A DNA stretch of 64,000 nucleotides from an uncultured Solirubrobacterales bacterium. Its GTDB lineage: Bacteria > Actinomycetota > Thermoleophilia > Solirubrobacterales > 70-9. Shown piece by piece: positions 16,905 through 26,496 of this stretch. The notes under the pieces are model-generated. The model saw only the letters and a program-made list of their open reading frames with translations. It ran no database searches and was not told the origin of the DNA. The DNA is taken from the NCBI GenBank assembly GCA_963701265.1, contig OY969581.1:2002372-2066371 (forward strand), read 5' to 3'. A program made the position numbers and the translations under genes. Every line of letters begins with the position of its first letter. Position 1 is the first letter of the stretch.

Positions 16905-18110
16905 GTGACCATCGTTCTCGCAATAGCCGTGCTCGCGCTCGTCGCCGCACTGATCTACGTCGTCAGCCGGCGGCCCGAGGAGCAGCTGCCGCTCGACCAC
17001 GGCCCGGCGATCCAGGAGGCGACCTCGAAAGCCGTTGCCGACCTGCTGCGGGTCAACGAGGAGTCGCGCAAACTCGACACACAAGCGGCGGAGGCGGCGC
17101 TGCAGAAGCGCGAGGCCGAGTTCCGGCGGCTGACCGAGCCGATCGGCAAGAACCTCGAGCGGATCGAAAAAGAGGTCTCGACGATGAGCCGCGACCGCCG
17201 CAGCGCCGACGGCGCGGTGCGAACGCTGCTGGACGAGATGAAGGTCGGGCTCGGCGACCTCGGCAGCCAGACCGGCACCCTGGTCAAGGCGCTGCGCCAG
17301 CCGCAGACCCGCGGCCAGTGGGGCGAGGTGCAGCTGAAGCGCTGCGTCGAGATCGCCGGCATGACCGAGCACGTCGACTTCGAGTTGCAGCAGACTTTCA
17401 ACGACGGCGAGGGAATCCTGCGGCCCGATGCAGTGGTGATGCTGCCCGCCGGCCGCCGCGTCGTGATCGACTCCAAGGTGCCGCTCGATGCCTACCTCGA
17501 GGTGCTCGAGGCGGAGGACGATGCGGCCCGCAAGGGCGAGCTGATCCGCCACGCGCGCCAGGTCCGCGACCACATCACCAAACTCGCCTCGAAGCGCTAC
17601 CAGGACCAGTTCGATTCCGGCGAGACACCCGACTTCGTCGTCTGCTTCATGCCCTCCGAGGCGGCCCTGCACGCCGCCTTCGAGGCCGAGCCCTCGCTCT
17701 ATGACTACGCGCTCGAGCAGAAGATCCTGATCGCGACGCCGACCACGCTGGTCGGGTTGCTGCGCACGGTCGAGCTGGGTTGGCGGCAGGAGCAGATCGC
17801 CGAGCAGGCCCAGGAGATCGCCTCCGCCTCGCGCGAGCTGCACAGCCGCATGGGTGCCTTCCTCGAACACTTCGCCAAGGCCGGGCGCCAGCTCAACTCA
17901 GCGACCAAATCCTTCGATGACGCGGTCGGCTCGCTGGAGAGCCGGATCATGCCGCAGCTGCGCAGGATCGAGGAGATGGGTGCGGCCTCGGGCAAGGAGC
18001 TGGAGGAGCCCCATCGCGTCGACCGCGCCGTGCGCCCGATCCTCGCCGAGGTGAACGACGAGTCCAAGGCCACGGGCCTACCTCCGCAGGCCCACAGCGA
18101 CGCCGCCTGA
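16905..18110 (+). CDS. rmuC: DNA recombination protein RmuC
   Basis: 401 aa. N-terminal membrane anchor, coiled-coil region, and the conserved RGQWGEVQLKRCVE...PDAVVMLPAGRRVVIDSKVPL nuclease-like core. Confidence 0.85.
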   Translation: MTIVLAIAVLALVAALIYVVSRRPEEQLPLDHGPAIQEATSKAVADLLRVNEESRKLDTQAAEAALQKREAEFRRLTEPIGKNLERIEKEVSTMSRDRRSADGAVRTLLDEMKVGLGDLGSQTGTLVKALRQPQTRGQWGEVQLKRCVEIAGMTEHVDFELQQTFNDGEGILRPDAVVMLPAGRRVVIDSKVPLDAYLEVLEAEDDAARKGELIRHARQVRDHITKLASKRYQDQFDSGETPDFVVCFMPSEAALHAAFEAEPSLYDYALEQKILIATPTTLVGLLRTVELGWRQEQIAEQAQEIASASRELHSRMGAFLEHFAKAGRQLNSATKSFDDAVGSLESRIMPQLRRIEEMGAASGKELEEPHRVDRAVRPILAEVNDESKATGLPPQAHSDAA

Positions 18111-18140
18111 GCGGCGTTAGGATTCGCCGCCCCCTTTCTG
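18111..18140 (+). terminator. Weak candidate terminator after rmuC
   Basis: GCGGCG (18111-18116) pairs with CGCCGC (18125-18130), followed by CCCCTTTCTG. The stem is short and the loop is long. Confidence 0.3.
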
Positions 18141-18165
18141 AACCCGAACCCGCGGAGGATCACAG

Positions 18166-19428
18166 TTGGCCGTTGACACGAGCACAGTCGCGAAGCTGGA
18201 CGTTGAGCCCGGAGAGCTGCCGGAGACGATGGCCGCCTGGGTGATCCGCCAGGAGCGCGAGGGCGAGCCCAACGACGCGTTCCAACTCGAGCAGATCGAG
18301 GTGCCGGAGCCGGGCGCCTTCGAGGTGATCGTGCGGGTGATGGCCGCCGGCGTCAACTTCAACAACGTCTGGGCCGCCCTGGGCAAGCCGGTCTCCGTCT
18401 TCGGCTACGGCGACCACCCCGAGTACGGTCACCACATCGGCGGCTCCGACGCCTCGGGCGTCGTCTGGAAGGTCGGCGAGGGCGTCACCCGCTGGAAGCC
18501 GGGCGACGAGGTCGTCGTCCACTGCAACCAGGCCTCCTACGAGGACGTCGAGGTGCACGGTCTCGACCCGCTGGCCGCGCCGAGCCAGAGGATCTGGGGC
18601 TACGAGACGACCTGGGGCTCCTTCGCCCAGTTCACCAAGGTGCAGGCCCAGCAGCTCCTGCCCCGCCCCCAGAACCTCTCCTGGGCGGACTCCTGCGCCT
18701 ACGGCCTCACCTACTTCACCGCTTACCGGATGCTGATCGACCAGTGCAAGCTGCAGCCCGGCCACAACGTGCTGATCTGGGGCGCGGCGGGCGGCCTCGG
18801 CGTCTTCGCCGTGCAGCTCTGCAAGGCGGCAGGGGCAAATGCCGTCGGCGTCGTCTCCTCCGACGAGAAGGGCGAGCTGATCAAGCAGCTGGGCGCGGTC
18901 GACTACATCAACCGCAAGGAGTTCGGCGAGATGATGCGGACGCCGGAGAACCTCGTCGACAAGGCCGCCGACAAGGAGCGCTTCTTGGCCTCCCGCGGTT
19001 TCGCCAAGCGGATCAAGGAGATCCTCGGCGACGCCCCCGACATCGTCTTCGAGCACGTCGGCCAAGCGACCTTTCCGACCTCCGTTTACGTCGTCAAGCC
19101 GTTCGGCAAAGTCGTGATCTGCGGTGCCACCTCGGGCTATCAGCTCGACTTCGACGTGCGCTACCTCTGGATGAAGCAGAAGCAGATCATCGGCTCGCAC
19201 TTCGCCAACGCCTACGAGTGCATGAAGGCCAACCAGCTGATGGCCGAGGGCAAGGTCCGCCCCGTGATCTCGCAGACAATGGGGTTCGACGGCGTTGCCG
19301 AAGCACACCAGCTGATGCACGAAAACAAGCACCTCGGCAAGATCGCGATCCTGGTCGGGGCCGAGTCCGAGACGGATGGACAAAACGAGGAGGGCCCGGG
19401 CGCGATCCGGGCGGAGGTGGGAGCCTGA
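18166..19428 (+). CDS. ccr: Crotonyl-CoA carboxylase/reductase
   Basis: 420 aa with a TTG start. VMAAGVNFNNVWAALGKP...HIGGSDASGVVWKVG...IWGYETTWGSFAQFTKVQ...IWGAAGGLG is the characteristic Ccr pattern. Confidence 0.9.
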   Translation: MAVDTSTVAKLDVEPGELPETMAAWVIRQEREGEPNDAFQLEQIEVPEPGAFEVIVRVMAAGVNFNNVWAALGKPVSVFGYGDHPEYGHHIGGSDASGVVWKVGEGVTRWKPGDEVVVHCNQASYEDVEVHGLDPLAAPSQRIWGYETTWGSFAQFTKVQAQQLLPRPQNLSWADSCAYGLTYFTAYRMLIDQCKLQPGHNVLIWGAAGGLGVFAVQLCKAAGANAVGVVSSDEKGELIKQLGAVDYINRKEFGEMMRTPENLVDKAADKERFLASRGFAKRIKEILGDAPDIVFEHVGQATFPTSVYVVKPFGKVVICGATSGYQLDFDVRYLWMKQKQIIGSHFANAYECMKANQLMAEGKVRPVISQTMGFDGVAEAHQLMHENKHLGKIAILVGAESETDGQNEEGPGAIRAEVGA

Positions 19429-19721
19429 TGAGCGAGGTTTGCGTACTTGACTGGCACATCGCCCCCTTCAGGGCCGACCGCTGGCTCGACGCCTGGGAGC
19501 CGGCAGCGGCGCGCATGCCCGCCTACGGCGCCAAGAGCTGGTCGCTGACGCGAGCGGTCGATGACCCGCTCTCCTTCCGCCAGTCCTCGATCTGGGAGAG
19601 CCGCTCCGACTTTGAGCGCTACTGGTTCTCGGAGGAGATCGAGAAGGCGCGGGCCGCCGTCATCGACCTCTACGACATCCCGCTGCTGCCCAGCTGGCAC
19701 ACCCTGCTCGTCGCCGAGTAG
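19428..19721 (+). CDS. Hypothetical small protein, possibly ABM/dimeric alpha-beta-barrel-like
   Basis: 97 aa inside track ORF 18744..19721. The ATG at 19428 overlaps the ccr TGA. Sequence MSEVCVLDWHIAPFRADRWLDAWEP...SIWESRSDFERYWFSEEI. The fold assignment is a guess. Confidence 0.5.
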   Translation: MSEVCVLDWHIAPFRADRWLDAWEPAAARMPAYGAKSWSLTRAVDDPLSFRQSSIWESRSDFERYWFSEEIEKARAAVIDLYDIPLLPSWHTLLVAE

Positions 19722-19743
19722 CAGCCCAGCAAGCAACTCCGCC

Positions 19744-22452
19744 CTAGCGGGCTTTTGGCTTCAGCACCTTCCAGGCGAAGCTCGCCGGGGTCGGGTCCTG
19801 ATTCCCGGCGGCGTCGACGGCGGCGATCTTGACCGCGTGCGCACCCGGCTTCAGATCCGCTTTCACCCAGGGCGACCGGCAGGCGACGTAGGCGCGCTTG
19901 TCGAGCTTGCAGAGGAACTTCGCGCCAGGCTCGCCGGCTGAGAAGACGAAGGTCGCCGAGCGCTTGCGGGTCCGTTTGGCCGGGTGGCGAGCGAGGCTCG
20001 TTTGCGGAGCGTCACGATCGGCCACGGGTGGGTCTTTCCCCCCATCCTCGACCGGCGGCTCAGCCACAGGCAGCAGCGAGTAGAACGCCTCGTAGGAAGC
20101 GTCTTCGTCGGCGAGGACCGAGTGGAAGCGCGCGCCACCGTCAGACCAGCTCTGCCAAGCGTACGTCCTGCCCCCAACCTGAGCAGTGGCCGGCGCCGAG
20201 AGCAGCAGCGCCGAGCCCTCTATCTGCGGCACGGAGAAGGGCGAGCTCGCCTCGGTCGAGCCGGCGAGCAGGCGGATCCCCGGCGGGCTGGAGGAGAGCG
20301 AGAGCTCCACCGTCCGCGGCTCGATTTTCTTCGTCACGACCCCGGAGAGACCGCGATTGTCGGAAGTGCGAAGGACGACTTCGATGTAGGACGGGTAGTC
20401 GTGCTGGGGCGCGACGAATTCCGGTCCGCGGATTCCGGCGAAGGTCTGCAGCGGGTGGACGTGGCAGGCGTTCGGATGCGCCGGATCGGGGCAATGCGCC
20501 ATTCGCGTCACCCAGTAGTAGGGCAGCGGCGAGGTGATCGGGTTGCCTTTGGAGTCGATCGCGTTGCCGTGGAGGTGAATCTCGTCGCCGACACCCCACT
20601 TGTAGGAGGAGGACGGCTGGTCGATCGTCGGCACCGGCGGTTTGTCGCCCGGATAGAGCGTCAGCCGTGCGACGCTGGTGAAGCCTTCGTCGTCTCTGAC
20701 CCGCAGGGTGACGATCCGGTTGGGGCTCAGCTCCGGGTCCGCGGCTTCGCGAGCTGCCTGTTCGGCACTGGTGAAGGTCACGGTCTTCGTGTCGTCGCTG
20801 CCGCTGGCCTCGAAGTCACCGTCTTCGTCGAGGTCCCATTCGTAGGTCAACGGCTGGCCGTTGGGGTCGGTTGAATCGCCCGCCTCGAGCGAGGCTTCGA
20901 ATTTGCCACTGCCGTTGTAGAGGCCGTACGGGTGGGGGCCGGCAACCAGCCGCGCGGTTGGAGCGTTCGGGCGGTAGGCAATGCGGTGGATCTCGCCTTC
21001 GCCGGCGCCTTCTTCGCTGAAGAGATCCGCGTAGTAGAGGTACCCATCCGGCCCTTCGGCGATCTTCACACCGGCATAAACCCTGCCCTCGCGCAGGAAC
21101 CGCTCGGTGGTCGAGGGGTCGGGCTTGCCGTCATCGCCGGGGAACATCACCCAGATGCAGCCGCGCACCGCATCGGCGAAGAAGAGCGCCCCTTTGTAGG
21201 CCGGCGGCAGTTGGTTTCCCCGGTACAGCGAGATGCCGCTCACCGCCGAACCCGACTCGATCGGGCATTCGTCTTCCGGCACGACCGACTGTCCGTGGCT
21301 GTAGTTGAAGAACGGCAGCGAGGCCGAGTCCGGTTCGTTCGCGTACATCGCGCTGCAGGCGTTCAGGCCGAGTTCCTTGAACTGGTACTGGCGCTCGATC
21401 CCCTCGAAGCAAGGCCAGCCGGAGTTGAAGAGCGCGCTGGGCGGCGCCGGGAAGCGATCGATCTCCTCGATCTCCGAAGAGCCGACGTTGCCGCTGTAAA
21501 TTTCGCCCGTCTGCTGGTCGAGGACGAAGCGGAAGGGGTTGCGGAAGCCCTTGGCAACGGTGCGCTGCGTGTTCTCATCGGTGCTTGCCGCCAGCGGATT
21601 ACCGGGAAAAGCGTCGCCGGTATCGGGGTCGATTCTGAGGATCGCGCCGTTGAGGAGCTTCAGGTTCTGCGAGCGCAACGCGCCTCCCAGCGACTCGGCT
21701 TTCGGCGTGGGCGTCGTCCCGGCCGGGCTGGGTGGATCCCCGCAGGGGTTCGGCGAGCTGCCCAGCTGACCGTAGTCCGGGATCGATTCATAGTCGGCGC
21801 CGTCGCCGCCGCTGACGTAGAGCGCGCCTTCGGGACCGAACTGCAGATCGCCGATCGAGTGCGAGGAGAACTGCTGACACCAGCCGCCGAGCAGTTCTTC
21901 CTGCTTGGGCAGACCGCCTTCTTTAACCGCATGGTTCGGGTCCACGACGCTCGCGGTGAGGCGCACCAGGCGACCGCTCACCAGGCAGGAGGCGCTGCTG
22001 TTCTGACTCGGACAGCCGGGGTCGCCGCTGACTCCGGGAGTGCCGTATTCGGGGTCGTTGGGATTCCACGGTTTGCCCAGGACGTGATCCCAGGTGTAGA
22101 GCGCGTAGACGTAGGGCCGTCCGCTGGTGAAGTTGGGGTCGAGGGCCAGTCCCAGCAGGCCGCGGTCGCCGTTGTCATATACATCGGCGCGCAGATCGGC
22201 GAAGACCTCGGGGGTCGGATCGTCGAGGTCTTCGTAGACGACGATCTGGCCCGGCTTCTCGGCGACGAAAACCTGACCGTCGGGGGAGAAGCGGAAGTTG
22301 GTCGGCTGTTCCAGGCCTTTGAGGACGACTTCGTCCTGGAAACCCGCAGGCAGGGCCGGCTCGGCGGTCGCGGTGGCCGTCAGGGCAAGCAGCAGGCCGA
22401 TGGCAAGCAGCGCCGTCGAGGCAAGCCGGCCCCGCAGGCGTTCAGCCCGCAA
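19744..22452 (-). CDS. Secreted PQQ-dependent (soluble glucose/sorbosone dehydrogenase-like) beta-propeller protein with PKD and Ig-like C-terminal modules
   Basis: Track ORF 19744..22869 trimmed to TTG at 22450-22452 so it follows the upstream paralogue's stop. Signal peptide RLASTALLAIGLLLALTATATA. It has GFRNPFRF, WCQQFSSHSIGDLQFGPEGALYVSGGDG and the PKD-like LTYEWDLDEDGDFE. The start is uncertain. Confidence 0.75.
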   Translation of the reverse strand: MRAERLRGRLASTALLAIGLLLALTATATAEPALPAGFQDEVVLKGLEQPTNFRFSPDGQVFVAEKPGQIVVYEDLDDPTPEVFADLRADVYDNGDRGLLGLALDPNFTSGRPYVYALYTWDHVLGKPWNPNDPEYGTPGVSGDPGCPSQNSSASCLVSGRLVRLTASVVDPNHAVKEGGLPKQEELLGGWCQQFSSHSIGDLQFGPEGALYVSGGDGADYESIPDYGQLGSSPNPCGDPPSPAGTTPTPKAESLGGALRSQNLKLLNGAILRIDPDTGDAFPGNPLAASTDENTQRTVAKGFRNPFRFVLDQQTGEIYSGNVGSSEIEEIDRFPAPPSALFNSGWPCFEGIERQYQFKELGLNACSAMYANEPDSASLPFFNYSHGQSVVPEDECPIESGSAVSGISLYRGNQLPPAYKGALFFADAVRGCIWVMFPGDDGKPDPSTTERFLREGRVYAGVKIAEGPDGYLYYADLFSEEGAGEGEIHRIAYRPNAPTARLVAGPHPYGLYNGSGKFEASLEAGDSTDPNGQPLTYEWDLDEDGDFEASGSDDTKTVTFTSAEQAAREAADPELSPNRIVTLRVRDDEGFTSVARLTLYPGDKPPVPTIDQPSSSYKWGVGDEIHLHGNAIDSKGNPITSPLPYYWVTRMAHCPDPAHPNACHVHPLQTFAGIRGPEFVAPQHDYPSYIEVVLRTSDNRGLSGVVTKKIEPRTVELSLSSSPPGIRLLAGSTEASSPFSVPQIEGSALLLSAPATAQVGGRTYAWQSWSDGGARFHSVLADEDASYEAFYSLLPVAEPPVEDGGKDPPVADRDAPQTSLARHPAKRTRKRSATFVFSAGEPGAKFLCKLDKRAYVACRSPWVKADLKPGAHAVKIAAVDAAGNQDPTPASFAWKVLKPKAR

Positions 22453-25039
22453 GGACCCGCCAGGCGAAGGTGGTCGGTTTCGCCACCGCGTTGCCGCGAC
22501 CGTCGACCGGGAAGACCTTGAAGGTGTGCCTCCCCGGCGCAAGGTTGCGGTAGGACTTCGGCGAGCTGCATGGCTTCGCGGCTTTGCCATCAAACACACA
22601 ACGGAATCCGGAAGCCGATCCTGCCGCGGTGAAGGCAAAGGTCGCGGTCCGGCTGTGCGTCCGCTTGCGGGGGTGTTTGCGCAGCTTGACCGCGCCCGGA
22701 CTTCGCGTCTCATCACTATCGCCGGCAGCAGGCGGCCCCTGCTGCTCCTGCTGCGTGACGGAGGGCTCCGGTATGTAGCGGGCCAGGTACTGACCCGAGT
22801 GTTCGGCCCTAAAGGCGTGAACCCGGGCGCCCCCGTCAGACCAGGACAGCCAGGGGTAGGTAACGCCACCGAGCAAGGCGCTGGCCGGCGCCGAGAGCAC
22901 GACCTCGGAACCCCTGATCACGCGCAGGTCAAAGGGCGCCGGGCCGGTCTTGAGGCCGGCGGTGAGGCTCACGCCCGGCGGATTGGAGGCGATCGTGAGA
23001 TCGACCGTCCGCGGTTCGATTTCCACGCTCCGCCTGGCCGCAAGGCCGCGCGAATCGACCGCGGTCAGGACCAGTTCGATGTGCGAGGGATAGTCATGAT
23101 CAGGAGCCAGGAAGCTCCCCGAGGCCACCGAGGGGAACGCCTGCAGGGGATGAGCGTGACAAGCCTGCGGGCAGTGGTAGAGACGGGTTACCCAGTCGAA
23201 GCTGGTGCTGGGCAGGTCGCCGTCCTCGGCGTCCTCGGCGGTGGCTTTGAAATCGACCGGCGCGCCGACGCTCCACTCGAAGCTCGATTTCGGGCTGACG
23301 ATCGTCGGCTCGGGCGGTGTATCACCGGGGAAGACCGTCACCCGGGCGATGCTCGCGGCCTCGTCTGGATCGACCACGCGGACCGCGACGGTGTGGTTCT
23401 CTTCGTCACCGAAGCTCTCCTCGGCTGTGTCCGCGTCGGGGGCGTCGCTGTAGTCCCCGTCCCCGTCCAGGTCCCATTCGTATTCGAGCGGATCATCGTC
23501 GCCGTCGCTCGATTCGCCGGCATCGAATGTCGCGTTCAGCGCCTCGCCCTCGGCGCTCCAGTTTTTGTCGACGCTGAGACGCGCCTGCGGCGGCTGGTTG
23601 CCGGGGAAGTAGCGGATCCGGTGGACCGCCCCCGGTTCGAATTCGTTGCCACCCTCTTCGGTGAAGAGGCTGAGGTAATAGAGGTTGCCGTCGGGGCCAA
23701 CCTCCAAGTCGATCCCCGAGTAGGGATCGGAGTGGTGCATGAAGGCCGACACGGTCGAGGGGTCGGGGCGACCGTCTTCGCCGGGGAGCATGGTGAAGAT
23801 GCAGCCGCGCACCGAGTCGGCGAAGAACATCGCGCCGTCATAGACCGGCGGATAGGGCCCGTCTTCGTAGAAGGAGATGCCCGAGACCGCCGACCCCCTG
23901 AAGTCGGTACAGGGCTCGCCGGGGACCACGTCCTCGCGATGGAGGTAGGAGAAGAAGGGCGGCGACGCTACGTCAGGATCGTCATAGAGGCCTTCGCAGA
24001 TCCCCACTTCCGCGTGCTCGTAGGCGGGCTGGATATTCGGGCCCTCGTAACAGGGCCAGCCGGAGTTGAAGACCTTCCCCGAGGCCGGGTTGAAGCGGTC
24101 GATTTCCTCCCAGGTGTCCCAGCCGACGTTGCCGACGTAGAGCTCGTGCGTGGTCGGGTCGATGCCGAAGCGGAACGGGTTGCGGAAGCCGGTGGCGACG
24201 ATCCGGCGGGCGTTCTCGTCGGGGCCGGTTAGCGGGTTTCCGGGCCAGGCATTGCCCGTGTCGGGGTCGATCCTGATCACGGTGCCGTTGAGGCCAGTGG
24301 GGTCGGCACCGGTGCGGATGTCCTGGGCGCGCAGCGCCCCGCCCTCTTCAGGCGGGTCGCCGCAGGGATTCGGCGGGCTGCCGAGCTGGCCGATGTCGGT
24401 GGCGCTGAAACTGGCGCCGTCGCCGCCGCTGGCGTAGAGGGCGCCTTCGGAGTCGAACTGCAGGTCGCCGATCGAGTGTGAGGAGAACTGCTGGCACCAT
24501 CCTTCGACCAGGACGTCCTCCAGCGGCGCCCCGGTCAGGTCCTCACTGGCATGGTCGCCTTCGGCGGTCAGCTTCACCAGGCGGCCGCTGACCAGGCAGG
24601 CGTCGGCGCCTTTTGGTTCAGGGCAGGGATCGCCGCTCGTTTCCGGGGCGCCCCAGCGGGGCGCGGGGGCTGGGTCGCCGAGGATGTGGTCGTAGGTGTA
24701 GAGGACGTAGACGTAGGGCCGGGTCGGAAACTCGGGATCGAGGGCGAGACCAAGGATTCCGCGGTCGCCGGTGTCGTAGGCCTGGGTGCGCAGATCGGCA
24801 AACAACTCCGGGCTCGTATCGTCGAGGTCCCCGTAGACGAGGATCCGCCCCGACTTCTCGGCGACGAAGATGCGGCCGTCGGGGGAAAAGCGGAAGGTCG
24901 ACGGTTCGCTCAGATCGGTGATCACGGGTTCGTCCTGGAAGCCACTCGGCAGCGTGGCGGCAAGCACCGGGGAAGCCCCCAGGATGGACAGGCCCAGGAC
25001 TGCCGCGACCACACCGATCGCCGCCGCCCTCACCCTCAC
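22442..25039 (-). CDS. Secreted PQQ-dependent sugar dehydrogenase-like/PKD protein, paralogue of 19744..22452
   Basis: 865 aa with a GTG start. Signal peptide ending SPVLA. Same motif series as the paralogue: LPSGFQDE, GFRNPFRF, LEYEWDLDGDGDY, and a C-terminal FRCVFDGK...C module. Confidence 0.85.
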   Translation of the reverse strand: MRVRAAAIGVVAAVLGLSILGASPVLAATLPSGFQDEPVITDLSEPSTFRFSPDGRIFVAEKSGRILVYGDLDDTSPELFADLRTQAYDTGDRGILGLALDPEFPTRPYVYVLYTYDHILGDPAPAPRWGAPETSGDPCPEPKGADACLVSGRLVKLTAEGDHASEDLTGAPLEDVLVEGWCQQFSSHSIGDLQFDSEGALYASGGDGASFSATDIGQLGSPPNPCGDPPEEGGALRAQDIRTGADPTGLNGTVIRIDPDTGNAWPGNPLTGPDENARRIVATGFRNPFRFGIDPTTHELYVGNVGWDTWEEIDRFNPASGKVFNSGWPCYEGPNIQPAYEHAEVGICEGLYDDPDVASPPFFSYLHREDVVPGEPCTDFRGSAVSGISFYEDGPYPPVYDGAMFFADSVRGCIFTMLPGEDGRPDPSTVSAFMHHSDPYSGIDLEVGPDGNLYYLSLFTEEGGNEFEPGAVHRIRYFPGNQPPQARLSVDKNWSAEGEALNATFDAGESSDGDDDPLEYEWDLDGDGDYSDAPDADTAEESFGDEENHTVAVRVVDPDEAASIARVTVFPGDTPPEPTIVSPKSSFEWSVGAPVDFKATAEDAEDGDLPSTSFDWVTRLYHCPQACHAHPLQAFPSVASGSFLAPDHDYPSHIELVLTAVDSRGLAARRSVEIEPRTVDLTIASNPPGVSLTAGLKTGPAPFDLRVIRGSEVVLSAPASALLGGVTYPWLSWSDGGARVHAFRAEHSGQYLARYIPEPSVTQQEQQGPPAAGDSDETRSPGAVKLRKHPRKRTHSRTATFAFTAAGSASGFRCVFDGKAAKPCSSPKSYRNLAPGRHTFKVFPVDGRGNAVAKPTTFAWRVLAG

Positions 25040-25049
25040 CGCAATCCCC

Positions 25050-25346
25050 TCACCCGCGCTCGAGTGGCGCCATCGTCAAGCCAGCCGAGTCCAACTGCTC
25101 CCAGTAGTGCTCGGCGAGCTCGCGCGGGCCCGACCAGACGATCGCCTGGCCACCGCTGTGGATGCTGTCGGCGAAGCGGTGTCCCTGCTCGAGCGAGACG
25201 CCGGGCAGCACCCGGGACAGGGTTTGGGCGACGTGATCGAAGGTGTTGTGGTTGTCGTTGCGCACGATCACCCGCCACTCTCCGCCCAGGTCCGAACCCG
25301 GCCCCCCCGCGCGGGGCTTCTCCACCGTCGTGGTCGACATCGCCAC
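25050..25346 (-). CDS. clpS: ATP-dependent Clp protease adaptor ClpS
   Basis: 98 aa. WRVIVRNDNHNTFDHVAQTL is the ClpS core motif. Confidence 0.85.
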   Translation of the reverse strand: MAMSTTTVEKPRAGGPGSDLGGEWRVIVRNDNHNTFDHVAQTLSRVLPGVSLEQGHRFADSIHSGGQAIVWSGPRELAEHYWEQLDSAGLTMAPLERG

Positions 25347-25420
25347 GCATTATGCGGAAGTTCCGCTCATCCACCGCTTTCGTCATCGTTCTCATACGTC
25401 CGTCTGCGGATAAGTTCACT

Positions 25421-25439
25421 TAACTACTCAAAATAGTTA
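25421..25439. promoter_or_regulatory. Small inverted repeat upstream of the ArsR-family gene (candidate operator)
   Basis: TAACTA-N7-TAGTTA sits in an AT-rich stretch about 45 nt upstream of the 25485 start. Confidence 0.25.
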
Positions 25440-25484
25440 TGCTGCCGCACGGACATCGCAAACCACTCGGGAGGCTGGATCGCG

Positions 25485-25748
25485 ATGGCATCGCAACCTC
25501 ACCCGCTTGATCCGCGCTTGGCGAAGGCGCTCTCCAACGAAGTCCGGGCACGAGCCCTCGACCTGATCGTCGAAGGCACGAAAAGCCCGAAAGTGATCGC
25601 CGCCGAGCTCGGCCTCGACCTGCGCGGGGTCGCGTACCACGTTCGGGTGCTGAAAAAACTCGGCTGCATCGAGCTGGTCGGCACGGAGCCACGGCGGGGA
25701 GCGGTCGAACACGTCTACCGCGCGGCCGACTGGGTGCTGGAGGGCTAG
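25485..25748 (+). CDS. ArsR-family winged-helix transcriptional regulator
   Basis: 87 aa. ALSNEVRARALDLI...SPKVIAAELGLDLRGVAYHVRVLKKLGCIE is the typical ArsR HTH pattern. Confidence 0.8.
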   Translation: MASQPHPLDPRLAKALSNEVRARALDLIVEGTKSPKVIAAELGLDLRGVAYHVRVLKKLGCIELVGTEPRRGAVEHVYRAADWVLEG

Positions 25749-26446
25749 TACGGGCTGGGGACCCGAATGACGACGTCATCGACGGAGGCCTGCGCTCCCT
25801 TTGCGACCTTGGCCGAACCGAGCGAGAAGCCGGAGGCCCTTCCGCTCAATTCGCCCGCCGTTGCGTCGCTGACTTCGGCGATCAGCTGGCCGCCGACGAA
25901 GGCGAGCAGCTGGCAGGTTCCCTTTTCGTCCCCCGCCGTGATGTTGAAGGCGCGCAGCCGCAGCTGGGTGGCTTTGTCGGCACCGTCGATACCGGCGACG
26001 TCCTTCTCGATGTCGAGGTATTCGATCTTGCCGTCGGCGAGGATCTTGCGCACCTGCAGCTTGCCCTGCAACGGGTAGGCCGCCAACTGGTAGCGAGCGC
26101 CCCCGCCGGCGCGCAGGTCGAGTGCCAGGTAGGCCGAGCGCTGCACCGACATCGGCACCTGTGGCCTGCTCAGCAGGCGCATGGTTGCGGCGATCTCGAG
26201 GTCGCGACCGAGCACGGGCGTGCGGTAGGAGCACTCCTTCGTCGCTTTGCCGATCGTGATCGTGAAGCCGCCATCGCTGCTGCCGCGAGCACAGCGTTCG
26301 CCGGAGAGCTTGGTCACCTGAGCCAGCTGCCCTTTGTTCTCCATCGTGTTGCGGTAGACGCCGATCAAGGCCGCCCCCGCGCTCGTGGCAAAGGCCAGCA
26401 GGCAGGTGAGCAGCAGGGCGAAAACGGCTGTACGAAGCAGCTTCAT
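25745..26446 (-). CDS. Secreted hypothetical protein
   Basis: Track ORF 25745..26524 trimmed to ATG (cat 26444-26446). Clear signal peptide in MKLLRTAVFALLLTCLLAFATSAGA. Beta-rich, and I recognise no family. Confidence 0.6.
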   Translation of the reverse strand: MKLLRTAVFALLLTCLLAFATSAGAALIGVYRNTMENKGQLAQVTKLSGERCARGSSDGGFTITIGKATKECSYRTPVLGRDLEIAATMRLLSRPQVPMSVQRSAYLALDLRAGGGARYQLAAYPLQGKLQVRKILADGKIEYLDIEKDVAGIDGADKATQLRLRAFNITAGDEKGTCQLLAFVGGQLIAEVSDATAGELSGRASGFSLGSAKVAKGAQASVDDVVIRVPSPY

Positions 26447-26496
26447 GGTTCGCAGCCTAAACACAGCCAGACCGGAAAGATGCGGCCCGGGAGGCG

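Noticed and set aside
20932-24232. Plus-strand ORFs 20932..22521 (529 aa) and 22298..24232 (644 aa) over the dehydrogenase paralogues
   Set aside because: They are antisense to two genes that have signal peptides and propeller and PKD motifs. Their sequences are Arg/Gly/Val-rich with no recognisable domains.
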